Shown here piece after piece: positions 53,808 to 62,389 of a DNA stretch of 64,000 nt. The position numbers were made by a program, and so were the translations under genes. The notes beneath the pieces are model-generated. The model was given only the letters and a program-made list of their open reading frames with translations, made no database searches and was not told the origin of the DNA. The stretch is taken from positions 845,840 to 909,839 of the forward strand of contig CAWKEB010000002.1 of NCBI GenBank assembly GCA_963848505.1. The letters run 5' to 3'. This DNA comes from Candidatus Krumholzibacteriia bacterium. GTDB taxonomy: Bacteria > Krumholzibacteriota > Krumholzibacteriia > LZORAL124-64-63. Every line of letters starts with the position of its first letter. Within the stretch, counting starts at the first letter, position 1.

Positions 53808-54212
53808 ATGAATGCCGAAGCACGCCCCGTGGTGCTGCTGGTGGACGACGACCAGGACTTCCTGGCGCAGATGGCGCTGCGCTTCGAGCGCGAGGGCTGG
53901 CGCGTCGTGACCGCGCGCAACGAGACCGAGGCCCGGGCCCGGCTGGCCAGCCTGCGCCCCGACCTGGCGGTGCTCGACCTGATGATGGACCAGCTGGACG
54001 GTGGGTTCACCCTGGCCCACCAGATCAAGCAGATGGACGCCGCCATCCCGGTGCTGCTGGTGACCGGGGTCACCGCCGAGACCGGCCTCGCCTTCGAACG
54101 CGCCGGCGCCGGGCAGCGGAGCTGGATCAAGGCCGACGCCGTGCTGGCCAAGCCGGTGCGCTTCGAGCAGATCCGCCGCGAGCTGGACCGCCTGGGCGTG
54201 CGGCATGACTGA
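53808..54212 (+). CDS. Stand-alone response-regulator receiver (REC) protein.
   Basis: Seen in sequence: VVLLVDDDQDF...DLAVLDLMMD...AKPV. Phospho-acceptor Asp context, no output domain. Confidence 0.8.
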   Translation: MNAEARPVVLLVDDDQDFLAQMALRFEREGWRVVTARNETEARARLASLRPDLAVLDLMMDQLDGGFTLAHQIKQMDAAIPVLLVTGVTAETGLAFERAGAGQRSWIKADAVLAKPVRFEQIRRELDRLGVRHD

Positions 54213-55362
54213 GGGGCACGTCCTGCGGGTGCTGGTGGCCGACGACGAGGCGGGCATCCGCAGCGGCGTCAGCCGCGTGGTGTCCCGGTTGTCCGTCGAT
54301 CTCGACGTGTACGGCGGCCCCACGCGCTTCACGGTCGAGGAGGCGGCCGACGGCCTGGCCGCCCGTGCGCGGCTGGATGCCGGCGGCATCGACATCCTGC
54401 TGCTGGACCACTCCATGCCGGGACTGACGGGAATGGAGCTGCTGGAGCAGCTGCGGGCCGCCGGGAGCGAGACGCTGGTGATCATGATCACCGCCTACGC
54501 GTCCCTGGACATGGCCGTGCGGGCCACCAAGCAGGGCGCCTTCGATTTCCTGGGCAAGCCCTTCGCGCCCCATGAGCTGAAGGAGGTCCTGGGCAAGGCC
54601 GCCCGCCACCTGGTGGCCGACCGCGCCGCGCGCCGCCTGGCCGCCGAGCGGCACCGGGTGCGCTTCGAGTTCCTGTCGGTGCTGGCCCATGAGCTGAAGG
54701 CGCCGCTGGGGGCGGTCGAGGGCTACCTGCAGCTGCTGGACGAGGGCGTGACCGACGGCGACCCCGCGACGGTCAAGCACATCGTCGGGCGCTCGCTGGC
54801 CCGGCTCGCGGGCATGCGCAAGCTGATCTTCGACCTGCTGGACCTGACCCGCATCGAGTCGGGGGAGAAGGCGCGCCGCCTGGGGCCGGTCGATGCCGCG
54901 GCCGTGACCGCAGGCGTGGTCGAGACCTTCGCGGCCCGGGCCGCCGAGCGCGGCATCACCGTGCGCACGCAGGTGCGCGGCGATACGGCGCTGACCGGCG
55001 ATCCCGGCGAGCTGGAGATCATGCTCAACAACCTGGTTTCCAACGCCATCAAGTACAACCGGGACGAGGGCCGGGTGGAGATCGGCATCGACGGCAACGA
55101 TCGGCAGCGGCTCGTCGTCACGGTCGCCGACACGGGCATCGGCATGAGCGCCGCCGAGACGGCGCGGCTGTTCGGCGAGTTCGTGCGCATCCGCAACGAC
55201 AAGACCCGCAACATCGAGGGCAGCGGCCTGGGCCTGAGCATCCTGCGCCGGCTGGCCCGCCTCAACGGCGGCGACGTGACCGTCGCCAGCCGGGAAGGCG
55301 ACGGCACGACCTTCACCCTGAGCCTGGCCCGCGACGGCGGCCGACACCGGGAGGCGCCATGA
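54205..55362 (+). CDS. Hybrid REC-histidine kinase (N-terminal receiver, then HisKA and HATPase_c).
   Basis: Seen in sequence: RVLVADDEAGIR...ILLLDHSMPGLTG (REC), LAHELKAPL (H-box), GSGLGLSI (G2). Confidence 0.85.
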   Translation: MTEGHVLRVLVADDEAGIRSGVSRVVSRLSVDLDVYGGPTRFTVEEAADGLAARARLDAGGIDILLLDHSMPGLTGMELLEQLRAAGSETLVIMITAYASLDMAVRATKQGAFDFLGKPFAPHELKEVLGKAARHLVADRAARRLAAERHRVRFEFLSVLAHELKAPLGAVEGYLQLLDEGVTDGDPATVKHIVGRSLARLAGMRKLIFDLLDLTRIESGEKARRLGPVDAAAVTAGVVETFAARAAERGITVRTQVRGDTALTGDPGELEIMLNNLVSNAIKYNRDEGRVEIGIDGNDRQRLVVTVADTGIGMSAAETARLFGEFVRIRNDKTRNIEGSGLGLSILRRLARLNGGDVTVASREGDGTTFTLSLARDGGRHREAP

Positions 55363-56750
55363 GCATCGCCACCGGGCCCCGCATCGACGAGGCCGCCATC
55401 GCCGCGGCCCTGGCCGGCGGCGCCGCCGACGCGGCGCAGGTGCGTGCCATCCTGGCCAAGGCCCGGGACCTGGGCGGCCTGGCGCCGGCGGAGGTGGCCG
55501 CGCTCTGCGGCGTCGAGGACCCGCAGCTGCTGGACGAGATCTTCCACGCCGCCCGCGACGTCAAGGAGACCATCTACGGCCGGCGCCTGGTGCTGTTCAC
55601 GCCGCTGTACGTGTCCAACCTCTGCGCCAACGACTGCGCCTACTGCGCCTTCCGCGCCGGCAACCGCGACCTGGTGCGGCGCGCCCTGACCCGTGACGAG
55701 ATCGCTGCCGAGGTGCGCGCCCTGGTGCGCGAGGGCCACAAGCGGGTGCTGCTGGTGGCGGGCGAGGCGTATCCGGCCGCGGGCTTCGACTACGTGCTCG
55801 AGGCGATCGACACGATCTACGCGGTGCGCGAGGGCCCGGGCGAGATCCGCCGGGTCAACGTGAACGTGGCGCCCCTGGAGGTGGACGAGTTCCGCCGCCT
55901 GGCCGAGCGGCGCATCGGCACCTACCAGATCTTCCAGGAGACCTACCACCGCCCGACCTACGCGCAGGTGCACCGGCGCGGGCGCAAGGCCGACTACGAC
56001 TGGCGGCTGGGCGCCATGGACCGGGCCATGACCGCGGGCATCGAGGATGTGGGCGTGGGCGTGCTCTTCGGGCTGGCGGACTGGCGCTTCGAGCTGCTGG
56101 CCCTGCTGCAGCACGCGGCCCACCTGGAGGAGCGCTTCGGCGTCGGGCCCCACACGGTGAGCGTGCCGCGGCTGGAGCCGGCCCTGGGCTCGGAGCTGGC
56201 CGCCCATCCGCCACGGCCGGTACCGGACCTGGCCTTCCGGCGCATCGTGGCGATCCTGCGGCTGGCGGTGCCCTACACCGGCATCATCATGTCCACCCGC
56301 GAGACGGCGGCCATCCGCCGCGAGACCTTCGCCCTCGGGGTGTCGCAGATCTCCGCCGGCAGCCGCACCAACCCCGGCGGTCATACGGACGGCGACCGGG
56401 ACCACGGCAGCCAGTTCAGCCTGGGCGATCACCGCGACCTGGACGAGGTGGTGCGCGATGTGGCCGAGCTGGGCTACACGCCCTCGTTCTGCACCGGCTG
56501 CTACCGCCTGGGCCGCACCGGGCGCGACTTCATGGACCTGGCCAAGCCGGGACAGATCCGGCGCCATTGCGATCCCAACGGGCTGAGCACCTTCCTCGAG
56601 TACCTGATCGACTACGCCTCGCCGGCGACCGTGGCGGCGGGCGAGCGCGCCATCGCCGCAGCCGTCGCGGCCATGACGGGCGAGCCGCGCCGCCGGGCCG
56701 AGACCATGCTGCTCCAGGTCCGCGGCGGCGGGCGGGACGTGTTCTGCTAG
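55359..56750 (+). CDS. hydG: [FeFe]-hydrogenase maturase HydG (radical-SAM tyrosine lyase), apparently intact.
   Basis: Seen in sequence: CANDCAYCAF radical-SAM motif. 463 aa with a C-terminal CX2CX22C-type cluster (FCTGCYRLGRTGRDFMDLAKPGQIRRHC). Confidence 0.85.
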   Translation: MSIATGPRIDEAAIAAALAGGAADAAQVRAILAKARDLGGLAPAEVAALCGVEDPQLLDEIFHAARDVKETIYGRRLVLFTPLYVSNLCANDCAYCAFRAGNRDLVRRALTRDEIAAEVRALVREGHKRVLLVAGEAYPAAGFDYVLEAIDTIYAVREGPGEIRRVNVNVAPLEVDEFRRLAERRIGTYQIFQETYHRPTYAQVHRRGRKADYDWRLGAMDRAMTAGIEDVGVGVLFGLADWRFELLALLQHAAHLEERFGVGPHTVSVPRLEPALGSELAAHPPRPVPDLAFRRIVAILRLAVPYTGIIMSTRETAAIRRETFALGVSQISAGSRTNPGGHTDGDRDHGSQFSLGDHRDLDEVVRDVAELGYTPSFCTGCYRLGRTGRDFMDLAKPGQIRRHCDPNGLSTFLEYLIDYASPATVAAGERAIAAAVAAMTGEPRRRAETMLLQVRGGGRDVFC

Positions 56751-56761
56751 GAGGCAGGATC

Positions 56762-57985
56762 ATGAGCACGACAAGGGCGACCCGCGGGTTCCGGCTGCAC
56801 GTCGGCCTGGTCGGGCGCCGCAACGTGGGCAAGTCGAGCCTCGTCAATGCGCTGCTGCGCCAGGAGGTGGCCATCGTTTCGCCCACCCCGGGCACGACCA
56901 CCGACCCGGTGAGCAAGCCCATGGAACTGCAGCCCATCGGTCCGGTGCTGCTGATCGACACCGCGGGCGTGGACGACAGCGGCGAACTGGGGGCCCTGCG
57001 GGTCGAGCGCACGCGCGCGCAGCTGGATCGTTGCGACGTGGTCCTGCTGGTGGCTTCCACCGGCATCTGGGGCCGGGTCGAGGAGGAGCTGCTGGCGGAT
57101 CTGCGCCGCCGCGACCTGCCGGTGATCGTGGCCTTCAACCAGGCGGACCGGATCGAGCCCGAGCACTGGCTGGTGCAGGCCCTGCGCGCCCACGGTGCGG
57201 CGGTGGTGGTGGTCTCGGCCACGACCGGCGCGGGTCTTGACGCCCTGCGGGCGGCCATCGTCGCCGCGGCGCCCGCCGACCTGACCCGACCGGCGGCGCT
57301 GTTGGCGGACCTGGTGGGGCCGGGGGGCCTGGCGGTGCTGGTGGTGCCCATCGACAAGGAGGCGCCGGTCGGCCGTCTGATCATGCCCCAGGTCCAGGCC
57401 ATCCGCGATCTGCTGGACGGCGACGCCCACTGCCTGGTGGTCAAGGAGGACGGCCTGGCGGCGGCCCTGGCCCGGCTGCGCACGCCGCCGGACCTGGTGG
57501 TGACCGACAGCCAGGCCTTCGCCCAGGTGGCGGCCATCGTGCCGGCCGAAGTGCCGCTGACCGGATTCTCGGTGCTGATGTCCCGCCAGCGCGGCGACCT
57601 GGCCCTGCAGGCGGCCGGCGCGGCGGCCCTGGATCGCTTGCGGCCCGGCGACCGGGTGCTGATCGCCGAGGCCTGCAGCCATCATCCGGTGGAGGACGAC
57701 ATCGGGCGGGTGAAGCTGCCCCGCTGGCTGGACGAGCTGGCCGGCGGTCCCCTCGAGTTCGAGACCGTGCAGGGCCACGACTTCCCGTCCGACCTGGCGC
57801 CCTACGCCGTAGTCGTGCACTGCGGGGCCTGCACCCTGAACCGGCGCGAGATGACCGCGCGCCTGGAGCAGTGCCGCCGCGCGGGCGTGCCGGTGACCAA
57901 CTACGGCCTGGCCATCGCCCGGCGCTTCGGGGTGTTGGAGCGGGCGCTGGCGCCGTTCTCCCTGCCCGTCGGCGAGGGCTCCTGA
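56762..57985 (+). CDS. hydF: [FeFe]-hydrogenase maturation GTPase HydF, apparently intact.
   Basis: Seen in sequence: GLVGRRNVGKSSLVNALL (P-loop), DTAG, and a C-terminal CSHH...HCGAC cluster-binding motif. RBS aggagg. Confidence 0.85.
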   Translation: MSTTRATRGFRLHVGLVGRRNVGKSSLVNALLRQEVAIVSPTPGTTTDPVSKPMELQPIGPVLLIDTAGVDDSGELGALRVERTRAQLDRCDVVLLVASTGIWGRVEEELLADLRRRDLPVIVAFNQADRIEPEHWLVQALRAHGAAVVVVSATTGAGLDALRAAIVAAAPADLTRPAALLADLVGPGGLAVLVVPIDKEAPVGRLIMPQVQAIRDLLDGDAHCLVVKEDGLAAALARLRTPPDLVVTDSQAFAQVAAIVPAEVPLTGFSVLMSRQRGDLALQAAGAAALDRLRPGDRVLIAEACSHHPVEDDIGRVKLPRWLDELAGGPLEFETVQGHDFPSDLAPYAVVVHCGACTLNRREMTARLEQCRRAGVPVTNYGLAIARRFGVLERALAPFSLPVGEGS

Positions 57986-58086
57986 CGCCGGTCTCCGGCG
58001 GCTGAGGCCGATCTTTTGGGGTCCTGAACCGGTGTCTGTCAGGTTAGTATTACGCGTTGGAAATCAGTAACACCGGAGGTGCCGAA

Positions 58087-58524
58087 ATGCGTTGCGCAGG
58101 GATGTTGGTGCTGCTGCTGGGGCTCGGCCTGCCCGGTAGCGGCCTGGCCCACGGCGTGGACACGGCCGTCGGCGACAGCCGCGCCGTGGTCGTGACCGTC
58201 ACCCATGAGGACGGGTCGCCGCTCGCATTCGAGCCGTTCGAGGTCTTCGCTCCCGAGGGCAGTGCGGTCTTCGCCTCCGGCCGCACCGATCGTCTGGGTC
58301 GCGTGGTCTTCGTGCCCGACCAGGCCGGCGACTGGCGGGTCATGGTCGCCGGCGCCGACGGTCACGGTGCTGCGCTGACGGTGCCGGTGGATGCGGCCAT
58401 GCTGCCGGCGGCCGCGGGCCCGGTCGCTGCGGCCGGCAACCGGCCGTGGCAGGCGGTGACCGGGGTCGCCATCATCTTCGGCGCGTTCGGCCTGGTGGCC
58501 CTGATCCAGGCCCGGCGGCGCTGA
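58087..58524 (+). CDS. Periplasmic or membrane-anchored component of a Ni/Co uptake ECF transporter (CbiN/NikL/DUF4198-like).
   Basis: Seen in sequence: signal peptide, HGVDTAVGDSRAVVVTVTHEDGSP..., C-terminal TM helix. Directly upstream of cbiM. RBS ggaggtg. Confidence 0.5.
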   Translation: MRCAGMLVLLLGLGLPGSGLAHGVDTAVGDSRAVVVTVTHEDGSPLAFEPFEVFAPEGSAVFASGRTDRLGRVVFVPDQAGDWRVMVAGADGHGAALTVPVDAAMLPAAAGPVAAAGNRPWQAVTGVAIIFGAFGLVALIQARRR

Positions 58525-58525
58525 G

Positions 58526-59158
58526 GTGCATATCCCCGACGGCTTCATCGCTCCGCAGGTGTACGGTCCGGCCTACGGCGTGGCGGGCGTGCTGTGGGCC
58601 GTCGGCCTGCGCCGCTTGCGCCGCGTGCTCGATCCGGCGGCCGTGCCGCGCCTGGCGGTTGCGACCGCCGCCGCCTTCGCCCTGATGATGGTGACGGTGC
58701 CGCTGCCCGGCGGCACCACCGTCCACGTCTCGGGCGTGGGCATGATCGCGGCGCTGTTCGGGGTGTGGCAGGCGTTCCTGGCCCTGTCGCTGGTTTTCCT
58801 GATGCAGGCCCTGATGTTCGGCGACGGCGGCGTGACGGCATTGCCGGTCAACGCCCTGGCCATGGGGCTGGGCGGGAGCCTGGCCGCGGCCGGGATGCTG
58901 CGGCTGCTGGGCCGGCGCACCGTGGGCCTGTTCCTGGCGGGGTGGCTGGGCACGGTGGTGCCGGCGGTGATCCTGGCTTTCGTGCTGGGGCTGCAGCCGC
59001 TGCTGGCGAGGGCGGCCGACGGCACGCCGCTGTTCTTTCCCTTCGGCTGGAGCGTGACGCTGCCGGCGGTGATCATTCCGCACCTGGCCGTGGGCGTGGC
59101 CGACGGTGTGCTGACGGTGCTGGCCTGGCGCATCCTGGCGCCGCGGGAGGCCGCATGA
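58526..59158 (+). CDS. cbiM: CbiM/NikM substrate-capture (S) component of the Ni/Co ECF transporter, GTG start.
   Basis: Seen in sequence: N-terminal MHIPDGF, the hallmark of CbiM/NikM. Polytopic. Confidence 0.85.
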   Translation: MHIPDGFIAPQVYGPAYGVAGVLWAVGLRRLRRVLDPAAVPRLAVATAAAFALMMVTVPLPGGTTVHVSGVGMIAALFGVWQAFLALSLVFLMQALMFGDGGVTALPVNALAMGLGGSLAAAGMLRLLGRRTVGLFLAGWLGTVVPAVILAFVLGLQPLLARAADGTPLFFPFGWSVTLPAVIIPHLAVGVADGVLTVLAWRILAPREAA

Positions 59159-59712
59159 GGGATCGCGCGCTGCTCTTGGGGTACCTGGTCGCCGTGGTGG
59201 CCGGCACGTTGGTGCACGATCCGCGGCTGCTGGGTGCTGGCGCCGCGGTGGTGCTGGTGTCGGCCGGCCGCGGCCTGCCGCGGCTGCTGCGGCGGATCCT
59301 GCGGGCGGCGCTGCCCTTCGCGCTGGCGGTGTCGCTGGGTTACGTCGTGGCGGCGCGCGGCGACCTGCCGACCGCCGGCACCGTGCTGCTGCGCCTGAAC
59401 CTGCGGGTGCTGCTGCTGGTCGGCCTCGCCTTCCGGGTGCTGCCGGCGCTGAACCTGCAGCGGGCCGTGGGCTTCTCGGCCACCCTGCGCTTCGTGCTGG
59501 TGCTGGCCACCAGCCAGGTGTTGACCTTCAGACGATTGTTCACCGACTTCCGCCAGGCCCTGGCCGCGCGCACGCCGCGCCGGGTGGGTCTGCTGACCGC
59601 GCTGCGCCATGGTGCGGTCACCGCCGCCTGGTTCCTGCGCCGGGCCGAACACGACGCCACCGCCATGACCCAGGCCCTGGACGCACGGGGGTTCTTCCTT
59701 GATCGCGACTGA
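59155..59712 (+). CDS. cbiQ: CbiQ/NikQ transmembrane (T) component.
   Basis: Seen in sequence: hydrophobic ~185-aa protein between cbiM and the ATPase, with a conserved Arg-rich coupling helix (ALAARTPRR). Confidence 0.7.
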   Translation: MRDRALLLGYLVAVVAGTLVHDPRLLGAGAAVVLVSAGRGLPRLLRRILRAALPFALAVSLGYVVAARGDLPTAGTVLLRLNLRVLLLVGLAFRVLPALNLQRAVGFSATLRFVLVLATSQVLTFRRLFTDFRQALAARTPRRVGLLTALRHGAVTAAWFLRRAEHDATAMTQALDARGFFLDRD

Positions 59713-60475
59713 GCAGCTGCGCCACGCCTACGACCACAACGTCACCCTGGCCGGCGTCGACCTGGTGCTTTCCGCCGGCGAAAAGGTGGTCCTGTTGGGC
59801 AGCAACGGCTGCGGCAAGTCGACGCTGCTGAAGCTGCTGGCCGGCGTGGTGGCGCCGACGTCCGGCCGCGTGCTCTACGCCGGCCGCACCGTGCACGAGG
59901 GCCTGCGCGACAAGGCCTGGCGGGCCCGCTTCCGCCGCGAGGTGGGGCTGCTGTTCCAGCACCCGGACGCCATGCTCTTCAACGCCACGGTGCTGGACGA
60001 GATCGCCTTCGCCCCGCGCCAGCACGGGCAGCTGGACGCCGACGACCGCGCGCGCGACTGGGCCGGCCGCGTGGGCCTGGACGGCGTGCTCGAGCGGGCG
60101 CCCTGGACCCTGAGCGCCGGCCAGAAGCAGCTGGTCTGCCTGGCCTCGCTGCTGGTGCTGGACCCGCGGCTGCTGCTGCTGGACGAGCCGACTTCGGCCC
60201 TGGACCCGCGCAGCACCGGTTGGCTGGTGGATTTCCTGCAGGACCTGCCCCAGACCCTGCTCGTGGCCACCCACAACCTCTCGCTGGCCTCGGAACTGGG
60301 CACGCGCTGCCTGGTGATGGGCGAGGACCACACCATCATCCACGACGGCGACGTCATGGCCCTGCGCGGCGACCACGAGGTGCTCAAGCGGGCCAACCTG
60401 GTGCACATCCACCGCCACCGGCACCAGGACGGCGAGATGGAACACCGCCACTACCACACCCACGATTGGGACTAG
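59699..60475 (+). CDS. cbiO: CbiO/NikO ABC ATPase (A component) with an unusual His-rich C-terminal tail.
   Basis: Seen in sequence: Walker A GSNGCGKST, signature LSAGQKQ, Walker B LLLLDEPTSALD. Tail HIHRHRHQDGEMEHRHYHTHDWD. Confidence 0.85.
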   Translation: MIATEQLRHAYDHNVTLAGVDLVLSAGEKVVLLGSNGCGKSTLLKLLAGVVAPTSGRVLYAGRTVHEGLRDKAWRARFRREVGLLFQHPDAMLFNATVLDEIAFAPRQHGQLDADDRARDWAGRVGLDGVLERAPWTLSAGQKQLVCLASLLVLDPRLLLLDEPTSALDPRSTGWLVDFLQDLPQTLLVATHNLSLASELGTRCLVMGEDHTIIHDGDVMALRGDHEVLKRANLVHIHRHRHQDGEMEHRHYHTHDWD

Positions 60476-60477
60476 CC

Positions 60478-60894
60478 ATGACCGACGCCACCCGCCGCTT
60501 CACCGTCTCGCTGCCGGCCTCCCTGATGGACGAGCTGGACCGGCGCATCACCGACCAGGGCTACGACTCGCGCTCCGAGCTGGTGCGCGACCTGATCCGC
60601 GGCCAATTGGTGCGCGACGAGTGGGAGAAGATCGACGGCGAGGTGCACGGCGTGCTGACCATCTGCTACGATCATCATCGGCGCGAGCTGAAGGATCGCC
60701 TGCACGGCATCCAGCACGCCCACTACGTGCACACCCTCTGCAGCACCCACGTGCACCTGGATCACGACAACTGCCTGGAGGCCATCATCCTGCGGGGCAC
60801 GCCGGGCGAGATCGAGAAGATGGCCCTGGCCATCCGCGGCCTCAAGGGCGTGGTGTTGGCCGATCTGGTGCGGGCGGCTGTGCCGCGGGTCTAG
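60478..60894 (+). CDS. nikR: Nickel-responsive regulator NikR (ribbon-helix-helix + ACT-like metal-binding domain).
   Basis: Seen in sequence: RFTVSLPASLMDELDRRI (RHH). C-terminal His/Cys ligand set HAHYVHTLCSTHVHLDHDNC. Confidence 0.85.
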   Translation: MTDATRRFTVSLPASLMDELDRRITDQGYDSRSELVRDLIRGQLVRDEWEKIDGEVHGVLTICYDHHRRELKDRLHGIQHAHYVHTLCSTHVHLDHDNCLEAIILRGTPGEIEKMALAIRGLKGVVLADLVRAAVPRV

Positions 60895-61967
60895 CGCCGC
60901 AGCCAGCGCAAGGCGTCGCCGCGCTCGCCCCAGCCGACGGTTTCACCGATGTCGTCCGCCAAGGCGACCAGCGCGGCGCGGGGATCCTCGGTGCGCGGCT
61001 TGCCGCGGTAGAGGTCGTAGTCGCCGCGGTGGGCCGCGGGGGTGTGGTTGGGCATGACCACGTTGGCGCCCGCCAGCAGGCCGCGCCGGCGGCCGTCGCC
61101 CGCCAGGGCCTCCAGGGCCGTGGTCGCGGCGATGTTCACGTCCGGCAGCAGCAGGCGCGCGCAGGCGATCATGGCCAGGCCCAGGTCCAGCTGTCGGACC
61201 GGGTCGCAGGGCGCGTCGGCCAGGGGCGTGCCGTCGTGGGGGATGAAGGGGCCCATGCCGATCATGTCGATGTCGCGGTCGCACAGGAACAGCAGGTCGG
61301 CCGCGAGGAGGTCGATGGTCTGGCCCGGCAGGCCGATCATCACGCCGGTGCCCACCTGGTAGTCGGCCGCCCGCAGGTGGTCGAGGCAGGCCGCACGCTC
61401 CTGCCAGGTCTGGTCGTCCGGGTGCAGGGCGCGGAACAGACCCTGATCCGCGGTCTCGATGCGCAGCAGATAGCGGTGGGCGCCGGCGCCGCGCCAGCGG
61501 CGGTAGGCCGCGGGGCTCTGCTCTCCCAGCGAAAGGGTGATGCCCAGCTCGCCGCCGGTGGCGGCGTGGACCGCGGTCAGCACCTCGGCCACGAACTCGA
61601 CGAACGCGGGGTCGCGGCGCTCGCCGGCCTGCAGCACGAGGGAGCCGTAGCCGGCGGCGTGGATCTCGGTGGCGGCGGCGACGATCTCCGCCAGGGAGAG
61701 CTCGTAGCGCTCGACGCTGCGGTTGTCGCGGCGGATGCCGCAGTAGCGGCAGTTCCGGACGCAGTGATTGCTGAACTCGATCAGCCCGCGGGGGCGGATG
61801 ATCGCACCGACGCCGGCGCCCTTCACGGCGTAGGCGGCGGCGTGCAGGGCCGCGCGGTCGGCCGGCAGGTCGGCGGCCAACAGCCGGGTCCACTCGGCAC
61901 GGCCGAGGGCCTTGGGGTTGGCGCGGGCGTGGGCCAGCAGGGCTGGGAATGGCGGCGTGCTGGGCAT
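60891..61967 (-). CDS. hydE: [FeFe]-hydrogenase maturase HydE (radical SAM, biotin-synthase-like), apparently intact.
   Basis: Seen in sequence: CVRNCRYC radical-SAM motif, 358 aa. BioB/HydE-like layout with a conserved Cys-containing C-terminal region (CARLLLPD). Confidence 0.75.
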   Translation of the reverse strand: MPSTPPFPALLAHARANPKALGRAEWTRLLAADLPADRAALHAAAYAVKGAGVGAIIRPRGLIEFSNHCVRNCRYCGIRRDNRSVERYELSLAEIVAAATEIHAAGYGSLVLQAGERRDPAFVEFVAEVLTAVHAATGGELGITLSLGEQSPAAYRRWRGAGAHRYLLRIETADQGLFRALHPDDQTWQERAACLDHLRAADYQVGTGVMIGLPGQTIDLLAADLLFLCDRDIDMIGMGPFIPHDGTPLADAPCDPVRQLDLGLAMIACARLLLPDVNIAATTALEALAGDGRRRGLLAGANVVMPNHTPAAHRGDYDLYRGKPRTEDPRAALVALADDIGETVGWGERGDALRWLRR

Positions 61968-62057
61968 TTCGTTAATCTAATAACACGCGAGCAGTATTCC
62001 AGGATAATCGGGTTGTGCCACGAAGAATGTGTCTGGCCGGAATCTGGGCGGAAAGCC

Positions 62058-62080
62058 AATATATTATATCAATATATTGT
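62058..62080. promoter_or_regulatory. AT-rich inverted repeat CAATATAT-N7-ATATATTG. The related motif AATATATTAT recurs at ~62189. All lie in the 420-bp AT-rich divergent intergenic region between hydE and the group-3-type hydrogenase genes.
   Basis: Seen in sequence. Confidence 0.3.
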
Positions 62081-62389
62081 ACCATAACATCAACCGTGGC
62101 GGCCTCGGAACCGGCCGGGCACAATCCTCGAGGCACAACTGAACGCGTGGGAGTAACGAGGCCTTCCCGGCGCATTCTGACGGAAATGAATATATTATTC
62201 CATCAAGTCGACCCCGCGATAAGTCGATGATATTGTGGGAACTAGACCCCTAACCAGGTTAAGCTGTTTATTTCTTGACATTACCTGTTCCAGAAAAAAC
62301 ATTAGGCTCAGGCGACCGGGATCCTGTCGCAGCCGCCGGCGCCGACTTGTAAGCAGGGCCCCCGGGGCCCAACCGTGAGGGGTGGATGC

